Positions 49,254-61,780 of a stretch of 64,000 nt of DNA are shown here, one piece after another. Numbering within the stretch: position 1 is the stretch's first letter; each line of letters begins with the position of its first letter. This DNA is from Azolla caroliniana (lineage: Eukaryota > Plantae > Polypodiophyta). Under the pieces are notes generated by a model that saw nothing but the letters and a program-made list of their open reading frames with translations, was not told the DNA's origin and did no database searches. Made by a program: the position numbers and the translations under genes. The stretch spans positions 1,116,001 to 1,180,000 of the forward strand of contig JBHGNT010000008.1 of NCBI GenBank assembly GCA_043228905.1, read 5' to 3'.

Positions 49254-51190
49254 AGTCATAATAGTTCAACATACAAAGTATTTTTTCCTAAGCCCATCTT
49301 GTGTAAGATAATGGCTCAGGAAACAAATCCATGTACTCCAACATAGAGAAAGCAATCCAATAGTTACAATCTATTCCCTAGACACATTGCAAGGTATCCA
49401 TATCCACATACAACAACAAAAGTAGCTCTATTAAGAAAGAAGCCCTCTCTGGTCATAGTTATGAGCCATTCAATACTTGTTCAACATGTACATCTCAGAT
49501 TTGAAGAAGATCAACTACTTTGTTTGGTTTTTCAATAGAACCACTATTCACATTCGTGACTGTAAAGTCAACAACTATGCTTCCTCGTTCCACATCAACC
49601 TGTTGGGAAACAGGACCCTCTGGATGGGATCCGGGTGAGAACCGGATGAGCCGGATCAAATGAGATGAAGGAAGAAACTAGACCGGATGTATTCGGAAAA
49701 GGTATCCGGATACTGGATCCAATGGATCCTGAAGGAGTTCGGCCGATTCCGGTATGAACAAGCAAATATGAATATATTAGTAAATATGTTCAGACGTGAC
49801 CGTTGAGGTCATATTTATAAATAGCCCCAAAGTTATATAAGTATAAATATAACTAGGGCAATATTGTTATGTGAGATCATTATCATAGTTGTTGTTATTA
49901 TCCTTGTTGTTGTACAGAGAGAGAGAGAGAGATACAAAAAGCTTTTCTGTTGTAACCGTTGGTTGGTGAAGGTAGAGCTCGAGGTAGTTTCCTCTGAGCC
50001 TCACAATGTTGTACGTCTCCTCTATAGTGATCCTGGTTCGAGTTCTGATAGCTCCCGTGGTTTTTCCCGATTAGGGTTTTCCACGATAATATTCTGTGTC
50101 GTCTGATTTCTGATTTCTGTTTCTTCCATTGTGTGATTGGGACTCAGTTGTGGCCAAGCACTATTTCTATCAATCTGGTATAAGAGTATGTAAGGTCAAT
50201 TCGGCGGCATGTTCAAGGTCACTGAATCCAACTACCCAGTGTGGAAATCGAAGATGAGGGACATGTTGGTGGTCAAAGATCTCCGGCTGTTAGTACAATT
50301 TGGAGACAAAAGACCGAACAAGATAGATGCCATGACGTGGCGTATAATGCACATGAAAACGACGGCATACATTTGATGCTTCATCAACATGAGCCTGTAT
50401 AATAACTTCAATGAAGAGAATAAGGCCACTTAGCTCTATGAGAAGATCGACACGATGTTGGAGAACAAGAACGACGTAAATCAGGTCTTGGTATTCTGGA
50501 AGATAGTGAGGCTCCGGTATCAAGACGACGCCAACATGGTAGAGCATATGAACGGCTTCCATGGGCTGATAAACCAGACTACCTCGCTCGAAGTACTGTT
50601 AGCCAACGAGGTATTGGCATTGTTATTGCTCGGATCCCTTCTTGATAGCTGGGAGACGTTGGTTATCACTCTAGGCAATGGTAAACCAAAGGAAAGAACT
50701 TATCCCTGGCGAGAGTGAAGTCAAGTCTGCTAAATGAAGAAGCTCGCCGGAAGGACCGGGAGTCCGGAACCGATCCGAAGCCCTTGGTTACGGAAGATGA
50801 CCATAACTGGGGAAGAGGCCGGAATAAGAGTCCCCAGAACCGGGACAAATCAGGGACGAGGTCGAAGTCAAGGGGGAGGCCAACTTGCTTTTATTATGAA
50901 AAGCCGGGGCACTTCCAGAAGAATTGCCAACACTTCCGGAAAGCAAAAGGGGGAATCGACGGTCCAGAACTGAAGAAGATTTCGGAGAGAAGAGGAATGA
51001 CAATAATCGCAACAAGTGAGGAAGAACTGTTGCTAATCACCGAGGAGAATGATGTCCATCTTGTTAGCGACGAATCAGCATGGGTGGTCAACTCCAAAGC
51101 ATCGTTCCATCTAACCCCAGACCGGAAGTGCTTCTCATCCCATAGAGCTAGAGATGATAGTTGTGTCCAGATAGGAAATGAAGGTGCATG

Positions 51191-51357
51191 CATAGTTCTA
51201 GCCGTACGTCCCATTTGTGTCATACTCAAACGCCAATATTCGTATCATACTCATACGTGAAAAGGCTCCAAGTATGATTGAAATCCATACGCGGTACATA
51301 GATATATTATATATACATATGGTGTATATGGTGTACATAGTGTGTGTGTGTGTGAGG

Positions 51358-51400
<43 letters not shown>

Positions 51401-51779
51401 TGTGTGGTCTAGAGAGAGAAGACTTGTTTTGCATGTGTGAGGAGACAGTGATTGAGTGTATATCTAGACTCTAGAGAGAGAGAGAGAGAGGAGCTATGGG
51501 TTTTGTCTGTGTGAGGGAGTATGTAATATGTATATTAGATATCTAGATTTTGTAGAGAAAGAAAATCTGTCAATTCTCGTGTGAGAGAGAGAGAGAGTGT
51601 GTATGTGTGTCAGATGTCCCTTCTATTCACAAAATATTATGAATATCAAAAATTAAAAAAACCAAAAAAAAGTCAAACGAAAAAAAAAAGCCAAACGAAT
51701 ATCGCATATCATATGCGTACGTTTGCAAACGTTCGCGTACGTCCAGTAAATTGGACTTACGCGAATATTAGGAACTATG
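51191..51779. mobile_element. Non-autonomous hAT-type element (MITE), 589 bp
   Basis: Termini CATAGTTC...GAACTATG with 8-bp TSD GGTGCATG (51183-51190 and 51780-51787); removal restores Copia GNEGACRIVGIG; the interior is microsatellite-rich. Confidence 0.85.
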
Positions 51780-51889
51780 GGTGCATGTCGAATAGTCGGC
51801 ATAGGAGATGTGTGGTTGACAACATCAACTGGGTGGAGATTGCTATTGAAGGATGTTTGACACATTCAGGAGGTTCGGTTGAACCTGAT

Positions 51890-54800
51890 TGTTAACCGTT
51901 TCTGGGGAAACACCTTCGATGAGCCCACAGGCTATTGGTATCAAGGGATCGTGTTACATGGAAGCCTCTTCTACATTGAGAAGACGATATGAGAACTAGG
52001 AGCGTACACAGGCCATAACCCGTTAGGCATAGACGTAGCTCAGGTGCGAATACCGGGGAGAATACACAGATGAAGGAACAGTAAGAACGAGATTTATATT
52101 AAATGAAAAGCTCACAACGATTATAGTACACGGCTCTCGGCCGGAAATAGGCTGTGTAGAGCTCAGTGCTACGATAGTAATATTACTAAATAATCTATAT
52201 CCTCCGCTTTTGAGGTATGCAGATCTCGAGTTATATAGTTTTCCTCTTAAGACAGAGCCGAGCCATTGGCTGATTGTGAGGGCTAAAAACTCGACTATTT
52301 CTAGTTTTTCCTATTTCCTCACCTACTATTCTACCTACTGGCGAGTTTACATAATGTATTTATATTTTTGGCCTATGGACAACACCTAGCACGCCCGTGG
52401 GACAGGAATTTGTCCGTTGGACCCACGATTCACAAAGAGGAGAGATAACCATGGATTTTGCAAAAAACAAAAAATTCTTTACAAAATTTGCCCGTTTATA
52501 CAAGGGCTTATGGGTTTGTTTTAATCCTCTTCTAATATGCCAAGGATATCCTTGGGTGCATGGGGTCGGTCTGGCTGCGTGGAAGGTGGGGTTGGTGATG
52601 GAGGTTTTGCTGCCGAGTCGGGGATGGTTGTGTCGTCGCGTGCACCGCCCTTTGTTGGTTCCGATGTAGGCAGGGTCGTGGTTGTAGTTTGTTGCTCAGT
52701 TGGGATATGGGGATCTGTAGGGGCAGGTTCCTCCTGTCTGGCTTCCGTGGGGGTGGGCTCGGGTTCTTACTCGTTGGTGGTGGTGGCTCTGTTAGTCTTG
52801 GTAACAAGGCGTTCCTCTTCGTAAGCTTCGGCTTCTAAACGGAACACCATTTGATCGTCGTTGAATTCCTCGAGAATTTGCTTGATGGCCGCGGTGTGGG
52901 ATGCTGCTATGGTATGATATTCCTTAGTCAAGTCTTCACGGAGGGTCTGGATGCTGGTGTCATCCATCTTGTAAAACCCTCGGCCCTCCTTCCTTCAGTT
53001 CTCGGCGTCTGCGCGTAGTATGTGTAGTTCAACAGCTGGGGCCGACCATTCCTGCCAGACACGGTCGAGCGTTTCCTCGATCTTCTTGGTGAATTGCTGG
53101 CGATACTTGTTGATCAGGATCTTTATTTTAGTATGGTCCATGCCAATGCTAACTTGGTGAACTTCCACTTCCTCCCTTGCAGCCTTCTTGGCTTTTGCGG
53201 ACGAGGAGTGCTAAAGTAGCTTGGTTATCTTTTGCTTTTTTGGTTATGAGTGTGATTTTTTGCTCGTAATGTTTGGTGAGCTGAGCTACAGTTTCGTCCT
53301 TGTCCTGTCTCCAAGCGTCTTGGTGTCGTTCTCCGGCAGCGATGTGCTCTGTTTGCAACTAGTGATACGCATCGGAAATTTTCGCGCTTTGCGTTTCAGA
53401 GATCCTCCACTTTTGCATGTGCTTGTTTGCCAATTCTTGTAATGCCCTTTGTTGATGGCGTAATTCTTGGTCGTCTACAAATAGCTCGCGTTCCTGTTGG
53501 CTATTCCGCTCTGCTTCTTTGAGGAATTGTTCTTTGGCCTCGATGATAGAGACATGAAGGGTCATCACCTCTCTTTCTTGTTCTTTGAGTGCGGCCGAGC
53601 TTTTAGCAAGCAGTCGCTTGAGTTCAGCTTCATGGCCCGCGGCTTGTTCCCGTAGTTGGCCAATAATGTTGTTCTGGTTTTGTTCTACTAACTCGGCCAG
53701 AGCGATCTGGGCCTTAAGCTCCTTTTGGTAGTCATGGAGGGGAGGTCCGATCTGGGTTACAACTTGCTGGTTCCGAGGAGTTGGTTCCTTGTCCGTCTGT
53801 GTAGATCTTTCCATGACGACAGGTGGTGGTGATGTTTGCGTGGAAGCGTGGCTGGTTTGGGGTTGCGGGCTTCTCTTTGCCCGTGACGATGGCTCGCTTA
53901 TCTGTACCGAATCCGTCATTGTGCTTGCATCGACCATGGCTACCCTGGGGTGAGCTGTGTCGTCATTGTGTGCTTCAGTAACAGTAGTACTCAGGCTCGG
54001 GTTCGGAAGAGGGGCTAGTGGGACATCGTTACTCGGGGCACTGAGGCTTAAGAGCGGTTGTTCTTGATGTTGTTGCTCTAATGACGCTAGTTTCTGCTCG
54101 GCGGCTTGTGATAGATCGGTGGTGCGTTTGGCTTGCTGCTGTATCGTTTTGACACGTCGGGCCATGTCCTTGGCTGCCCGAGTTGTGTGGTGCAAATTGC
54201 GATATGCCTCGACTAAGATCCTGTTCAGATCTGGTAACTCCATGAGGAGGGAAGCATTTTGTGCTTGCTTCTTCCACCCTATCTTTTGTAAGACTCGATC
54301 CCCGTGAGGTTCGATTTCTCCCATTAGAGTGCATTGGATCATCTTTGTTTCCGCGTGCTCCTCAACCATACGAGCAATGACAGCTACTTGGGTGCGCGCG
54401 AGGAAATCCACTAACTCATATGTTGTGCCCAACCGAAGTAGTGCACTGAACTCGTATGCCTCCGTGGGAAGGTCTTTGTAACCGAGGACTTCCTCCTCTA
54501 ATATCTGCGTGGTTCGTCCATGCTCAATCCTACCGACTTGGAGCCATGACTCCACTGGTACCATGGCCGTGGAGGTCGCGCTGGCCTCTTTTGATTTCTA
54601 ATGGTGGGTGCCTTGGGTTCTGTGGTTGACTCTTGATTGATGCGGCGTCTCTTTTGCGGCTGATCTTGTGAGTCCGGGGTCGATGGTGTTGGCTCCTCGG
54701 CTTGTTTCCTCTTTTGTTGTCATATGCCCGAGAGCTGCTGGTTTGTGGAGCGTGGGCTCGGTTGTGGAGAGGGCATTGATGTCCTTGGTGGCTTCTATCG

Positions 54801-57800
54801 TATGGTGACATCCTCAATGATGGGCTCCTCAGCCTCATCCCATTCCACACGGGTCGCTGTTAACGGCCGTTGCTTCTGTGTTTTTGGTGGGGGTGGTGCC
54901 TAGGCAGAGGTAGGGTTCCGAACGGCTGAGGGAGGTGGAGAAGGAGAGGGGTTTTCCCATTCTTCCTGGGTTAACGCAAAAATCTTCTCCCGTTGTTTCC
55001 GTGGTGGTGGTGGGGAGGTCAGGATGCGACGAGGGGAAACCGAAGGAGGTGGGTAGAGGATTGTGATGCAATGATTAATCACAGGCAACAATCGCTTACC
55101 GGTTTGGAAAGATTCCAGCGCCGCACAGATTCCTTCGCCTGTGACGATTCCCCAATCGATTTTGTCGCCTTCATACGCTCTGATGATGATGGCAGCTTTA
55201 TTCTGTGGCATACTCGTGGGATTTGTATGCAGAAATGCGTATTCCATCAAAATCTGGGCGAACTCCCCAAAAGCCTTGTTTGGCCCTCCGTAAGTGCCGT
55301 AAGCTTTTCCCAACATCGAATACATCCCAAAATATTCCTCGAGGGTCGAGTGGGGAGGGATTTCGACCTCATGGTCCCCGCCTCGCGCAAGGTCCAGAGC
55401 ACCGTGAATCATGTTGTTGGTTACGGTGTTAGGGTGGATTCTGAGTGCTATTGCGGGGGTGTCCAGGTGAATTGGGGCGTCGATGACCCGTAAGTACCGG
55501 CCCAGTCCTCATTGTTGTAGCCAAGAACGGGTTTCCTGCGATATTGCGAGAGGCATGGTGGACTCAAATGTCTGTTGATAGGGGGTGTGAGGGGAAGCGA
55601 GGAGACGAGGGCGAGACATAGAGATGGAAGAAGATGGTTGGGGAGGACACCGTTGTTCTGTGCAGGGACTATGAGGGCAAGAGGAGGCATGTTTGTAGGA
55701 GCGATTAGAACAAGCGAGAGCTTGGGAGCTTGAAGGCGGTGAAGGCAAGAACGCTTCTGTGTGAATGGGCGCGTTGTGTGTGGGGTAGTTTCTTTTATGT
55801 GACTGCCTAGGGTTTTGTGCAGGGAGAAGATCCTTTGGATTCTTGGTTGTGATTGCCATAATAAGGTATTATGGCCAGACGTCCCTAGAGTGCTATGTCT
55901 GGTGTGCATGCTCCTTAAATATTCTATTTTAAAGTGGAGGTGACTAGTTGGTACGCCTAAGAAAATGTCGTGATTTGGGGTGATTAGTTAGGTAGTTTTA
56001 GGTAAGGCTAATTTAATTGCTAAAAACCATTCCTACTATATACATTTGGTGGGTAGGTCATTATTTTACCGATGGGGACACGTGGCCTCCTTCGTGATGT
56101 CGTCTATGCACTGGTCCGTGCCGTGGGACTCGGCGAAGGGATTATCTGGGGTATTCTTGTGGTAAGGTCGAAGTCGGAATCCATTTAACTAGCTTTTGAC
56201 GATGTCTCCGGCAAGTATGCCGAGTTGGAATGTGCCGTTAAACTCGTCAATTATCCAGAAGGGGCTTGACCACCGGAATCGTAATTTCCCCGGCATAGCA
56301 CCAAGTTGTGTTTGGAAGACTAGTACCTTTCCGAGTCGTGTTTGCTGATGGTCAATGTTTTCTCCGTACCTTTCCAGTGACGATCGACAAAGGCTTTGCG
56401 TTGTCGTTGGCGTTGTTCCAGTTGACCCATGCTGGTCACTCGATGTTCGCCGAGTTTGAGGAGTTGTTCGAGCCGATATTGCTCTAATTGGGCCTCGGGT
56501 AGCCCTTCCTTATCTTGAATTCGGAGACTCGGAACTTGGAACTCGATCGGCATGACTGCTTCCAAACCAAAGGTCATCCGAAAGGGTGTAGATTGAATGC
56601 TAGTTTTAAATGTGGTGCGATACGCCCATAATGCACTCTGGAGCTTGTCATCCCAATCGGTGGGGTTCTCATTGACGATCTTTTTCAGGATTGTTTGCAA
56701 AATTTTATTAGTAGACTACGCCAATCCGTTTGCCTGAGGATAGTATGGTGTACTTTTCTTATGTAGGACCGTGTAGTGTGTAGTGAGCTTGCGAATTATG
56801 TGGTTTATATCATATTGGCACTAATGAGCTCGATTGGGCATCCATATCGGCACCATAGATGTTCATATACGAATTTTGCCGTGGATGCAGTTGTGTTGTC
56901 TTGCAGTGCCTTAGCCTTGACCCATTTTGTGCAATAGTCCATGGCCACTATTATGTATTTGTTACTGGTGCATCCCACAAAATCTAACCCCCACTTCTGA
57001 AATGGCTCTAACGGAAGAATGGGTTGGTGCGGCATCCGGGCTTGCTCGGTCGGTTGTCCCATGCGTTGACACATATCGCATTGTTGACAAAATTCATGAG
57101 CATCTTTTTTTTGTTGTGGGCCACCATAAGCCACTTTGCCATATTTTTCTTGCCGTGGCCTCTCCAACGTAATGTCCCCCCCGCGATTCCATGATGTGCC
57201 TCTTGGAGGATTGCGTGTTTCTCGAATTGACGGATTGCATGTCGCCAGATGCCGTCCGAGCCTTTGTGGTAGAGGGTGTTGAAGACCAAACAAAAGTTTT
57301 GGCTCCTAACCGCTAGTCATTTCCGCGCATCGAGGGTCAAGTGGTCGGCAAGAAGGCCGGTGCTAAGAAAATGGGTCATCTCCGTGATCCATTCATCTTC
57401 ATGTTCGTCTGGCACCGTTGCAAGACTAAAAAGGGCGTCAGGTAGATCATCGTACGTGGACTTGGCTGGTTCTCCTGACTCGAGACGGCTCAGGTAGTCA
57501 GCTACGACGTGTTGGACTCTGGGCCGGTGCTGAATCTGAAAATCAAACTCTTGTAGCAGGAGCATCCATCGGGCCAGGCGACCTGTGAGAGCCTGCTTAT
57601 CAACCAAGTAGAGGAGAGCCGAGTGATCGACGTGGAATGTGAACTTCCGGCCCAAGAGGTAATGCCAGAACTTGTTGATGTTGTAGACCATATCGAGGGC
57701 CTCGCGTTCCATTGTTGAGTAGTTCTTCTCCACGGCCGAGAGTCGTCTGCTAGCGTAATACACTGGCCGATACCAATTTGGTGGTGTGCGCTGCATGAAC

Positions 57801-60800
57801 ACGATGCCTATGGCTATATCTGATGCGTCTACGAAGATGTGAAAAGGTTCCGACTAGACTGGTGGTTGTACAACAGGGGCGTGGGAGAGCATTAGCTTCA
57901 AGGCTTGGTAAGCCTCATTTTCTATTGAAGACCACTGAAATGGAAGTTGATGCACAGCCGCGTGTAATGGAGCCGCAAAATCGGCTAGGTGTCGTAACAT
58001 CTGCCTATGCCATCTGATCTAGCCGAGGAATCGGCTGAGAGCCTTCGCGGTAGAGGGCGTGGAAGCATTCAGAATGGCAAGCACTTTATCCGGGTCCATG
58101 GCGATACCTTCTTGGCTAACTATGTGCCCGAGCAGGTTGTCGCTTGTCACCAAGAATGCGCATTTTGCCGGATTTAAGCTCAACTGAGCTTGTCGACATT
58201 GCTTGAGACAGAGGCGTAGCTGGGTCATATGCTCTAGCTACTAGCCATACACGACAAAGTAGTCGAGGAACACTTGCATGAACACCGAGATATACTCCTT
58301 GAAAATCTCTGTGATGATGCGTTGGAATGTGTCCAGTGCCGTTTTTAATCCGAACATCATTACCTCGGCCACAAAGACACCCCATTCCGTGACAAACGCC
58401 GTTTTCTCCTGATCGTCTGGGTGCATTCTGATTTGATTTTCGCCACTAAAACCATCGAGGAAACTGTAGCATTCATGACTAGCCACCGTGTCGAGGACAC
58501 TATCCGTGAACGGGAGAGGAAACCCATCCGTGACTGTCGCGGCATTGAGTTTGCGGTAATCAACGCAAACGCAGATTTTCTCGTTTGGGGACGACTACGA
58601 TTGGGCTTAACCATGTGGCTCTTTTTAGTGGGCGTATAAAACCTACTCGAAGGAGTTTGTCAATTTCCTCTTTGACCTTAGCTACGTAGTTGGGGTTCAT
58701 ACGGTACCGTCGTTGTTGGACCGGCCGAGTGTTAGGTAGGAGGTGTACTTGGTGTTGGTAATATTGGGGATCGAATCCCTTCATATTAGTGTAAGACCAT
58801 GCGAATACATCCTGATACTCCGTGAGCAGGCGTATCAGGGCTGAGCGTTCGTCGACTGGTAAGTTGTTAGTGATTTGTAATGTACGTGGGTTCTCGTCAG
58901 AGCCAAGGTTCAGTGACTTGGGCGTTGATGCTTTGACTCGCTCGGAGATGGCGAGTTCTCGTTCAAACGTGTACCGAGCTTGTCATAATTCTGCGATAGT
59001 TGTGGAATCGGTCTCGTCCTAGGGAAGTGAATCTGTTGTGACATCCTCGTCCAGTGGTGTGCCGAAGCCCGAAATGCCGTCTATTTCGAAGAGGGGTATG
59101 ATAGTGGGATGATCTCCCAGGAAGTCATCCACCTCTTCATCGGCTAACCCATCGAGCATGTGTACCCCTTCCATGTATAAGGGTATGGTGTTGTGGGGCG
59201 TGGTTAGGCTTTCTTCTGTTATTACCCATAGCTTGGTCTTTCCTCGACGGAAAGAGATCATATTCCGTTGCCAATGTTGTTTAATATTCGCGGTGCGTAG
59301 CCAGGGTCGGCCAAGCAGCATTGGGTAAGTGCCCGGAGCTTCGAAGCGTAACACGACTGGCGGCATAGTGAACATGTGGCCTCCTAACATGAAGTCAAGG
59401 TGGTGGATTAACTCTATGGGGCGAACCGATCGCATATCAGCCATCCGAAGCTAAAAGGGGCAAGGTTCCCATTGGTTCAGACCGAGTGTGTGACATGTGG
59501 CCTCATTGATGACGTTCACGCCGGAGCCACTGTCGATTATGCATCCATGAAGGTCGCGTCCTTTAAGCATAATTTTCACGTCTGGATTCTGGGAATCCAT
59601 GATGGGTGGGCCCGTCCCTGGCTTTGCCAGGTTGACAGGGATTGCGGCCGATTTGTCAGTGATGAGTGTAGCCAAGGTATCCTGAAAGCACGGCATGAGC
59701 GGTAAAAGCTTATGCAATGGCAACGAGATCCAAGAACTGGTAAGGGCTTCCCACAAATGGTCATCTTCTGCCGCGGTGGATGGTTCTGCGGGCCGTGGTG
59801 CACTGATGGTCACGTCCTGCATCTCTGCGTGCATCCACTCCACGTTTCTTTTATTGACGGTGTCCATCCATTCCTTGGCTGCTTGTCGGATGTCATCTTG
59901 TACTTGCCATTGGGTGGCTTGGGTCTTGTTGCGTGTAGTGATGTGTTGAACGTCGGCCATAATAGTATTCATGGCTGGGGCTTTGCTGCGATCTATGGTT
60001 GGGCATTGGGTAGCATAGTGGCTAGGTTGGTTACACTTAAAGAGGTAATCGATACCGAATTGTTGGTGTCACCGTGCTCCATGTGTGGGAGAGGGTGTGA
60101 GTGGTTCCCAACCGCTGGTGTAGGTGTGTTGGCCCGTGGATCGTTATGGGGAAGAGAGTTGTGTGGTACATTTGGAGGAGGTTCCCGACGACGATTGTCG
60201 TTATGCCATCGCTGGTTCCGCAAACCTCTGTAAGAGTTTCGCCCTATCGTTGCGTGAATACCGTTGATCATACCGATCATCCTGGTCGTCGTCATACCGA
60301 TCATACTTGATCTAGTGAACTGGAGCCGTCGTTGTGCAGTTGAGCACGTTGTATTCACATTGTTCGATCGTGTGAGATCGGGACTGACATATTGGACAGT
60401 GTGGCTGGTGAGGGCACTCGAGAGCTAGATGGCTTGAGCATGAGCAGGCCGTGCATTGGAGGGCTTGTCGGAAACGATTGTCCTCCTGAGGAAGGGTGCT
60501 TTGTAGAGAGCCCATGGAGAAAGCCGTGTTATGCTATGTCTGATTGATGGCGAGGACGCGTGCGATGACTTGCTCGATTGTGTGGTTAGAGAAATTGGTA
60601 ATTGCGAGAGTCGTTTGTAGAGGCTCCCGTAGGCTGGACATGAAGGTATCTAGAATGTGATGAGCAGAGACGTCATCGGCCAGTTGTCGGTAGAGATCCT
60701 AAAACCAGATCGTGAATTGGGCCACTGTCTCGTGAGGTTCTTGGCTAATGGAAAAGAACTGCCGGAGCAGTTCGCGCTTCGGAACTTCGCGGTGAAATAA

Positions 60801-61780
60801 TTCTAGAAACTTTGTTCGAAGGTCCTAGAACGTTGTGACCTCCCCCATGTCGAGGCGGGAGTACCATCGAGCAGTCAGGCCATCAAGGGATAGAGCAAAT
60901 TCTGCGATTTTGGAGGACTCGATCTCGGCAAGCGATAACCGTTGCGTGGAGTGGTTCGCCTGCCATGTGGACACGAAAGCATGGGTGTGCAATTCTGTGT
61001 CGGGGCTATCTGTATATCATGGGTAAGGGTAAGGCATGGTGTCGAGATCCGGTTCTTCAGGTAAAGCCGGAAAAGGGTTAGGGTCCGGTTGGGTGACCTC
61101 TAGAGGGCTTGGCGGGGAGGTAAGTGCGGAATCAACTTGCGACTGGGTATCTGGTGGCGAGGATTGCAACCGGTGAACCTCCGATAGTTCCTGGAAAGAT
61201 TGGTCAATGGCCGCCGAGTCAGAAGTTCCTTCAACTAGATCAGGGCATCGGGCAGGTGGCCAAATTGTGTTAACTGGGCGTGCCAAATTGTATTAACCGT
61301 TTCTTGGGAAACACCTTCGATGTGCCCACAGGCTATCGATATCAAGGGATCGTGTTACGTGGAAGCCTCTTCTACACTGAGAAGATGATATGAGAACGAG
61401 GAGCGTACATGGGCTACAACCCGTTAGGCATAGACGTAGCTCGGGTGCGAGTACCGGGGAGAATACATAGATGAAGGAATAGTAAGAACAAGATTTATAT
61501 TAAATGAAAACGTCACAGCGATTACAGTACACGGCTCTCGGACAGAAACAGGTTGTGTAGAGCTCAGTGCTACAATAGTAATCTTACTAAATAATCTATA
61601 TCCTCCGCTTTTGAGGTATGTAGATCTCGAGTTATATAGTTTTCCTCTTCAGACAAAGCCGAGCCATTGGCTGATTGTGAGGGCTAAAAACTCGACTATT
61701 TCTATTTCTTGCTTTTTCCTCACCTACTATTCTACCTACCGGCAAGTTTACATAATGTATTTATATTTCTGGCCTATGGA
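51890..61780 (-). mobile_element. Ty3/Gypsy element F (related to E), degenerate, with extra 3' ORF
   Basis: LTRs at 51890-52384 and ~61291-61780 (outer end of the latter deleted), PBS TGGCACGCCCAG at ~61274-61285, gag/PR/RT/RH/IN remnants from ~61050 down to ~56150. Confidence 0.9.
52767..55560 (-). pseudogene. Extra ORF(s) downstream of integrase in Gypsy F: conserved N-terminal domain, Pro-rich linker, long coiled coil
   Basis: ORFs 54900-55412, 53359-54564, 53149-53358 and 52767-52967; YEGDKIDWGIVT and VLGYKDLPTEAYEFSALLRLGTTYELVDFLA match Gypsy E. Confidence 0.7.

Noticed and set aside
49269-49273. ACATA as TSD of Copia A (matches 10038-10042)
   Set aside because: It lies ~220 bp past the point where the 3' LTR stops aligning with the 5' LTR; probably chance.
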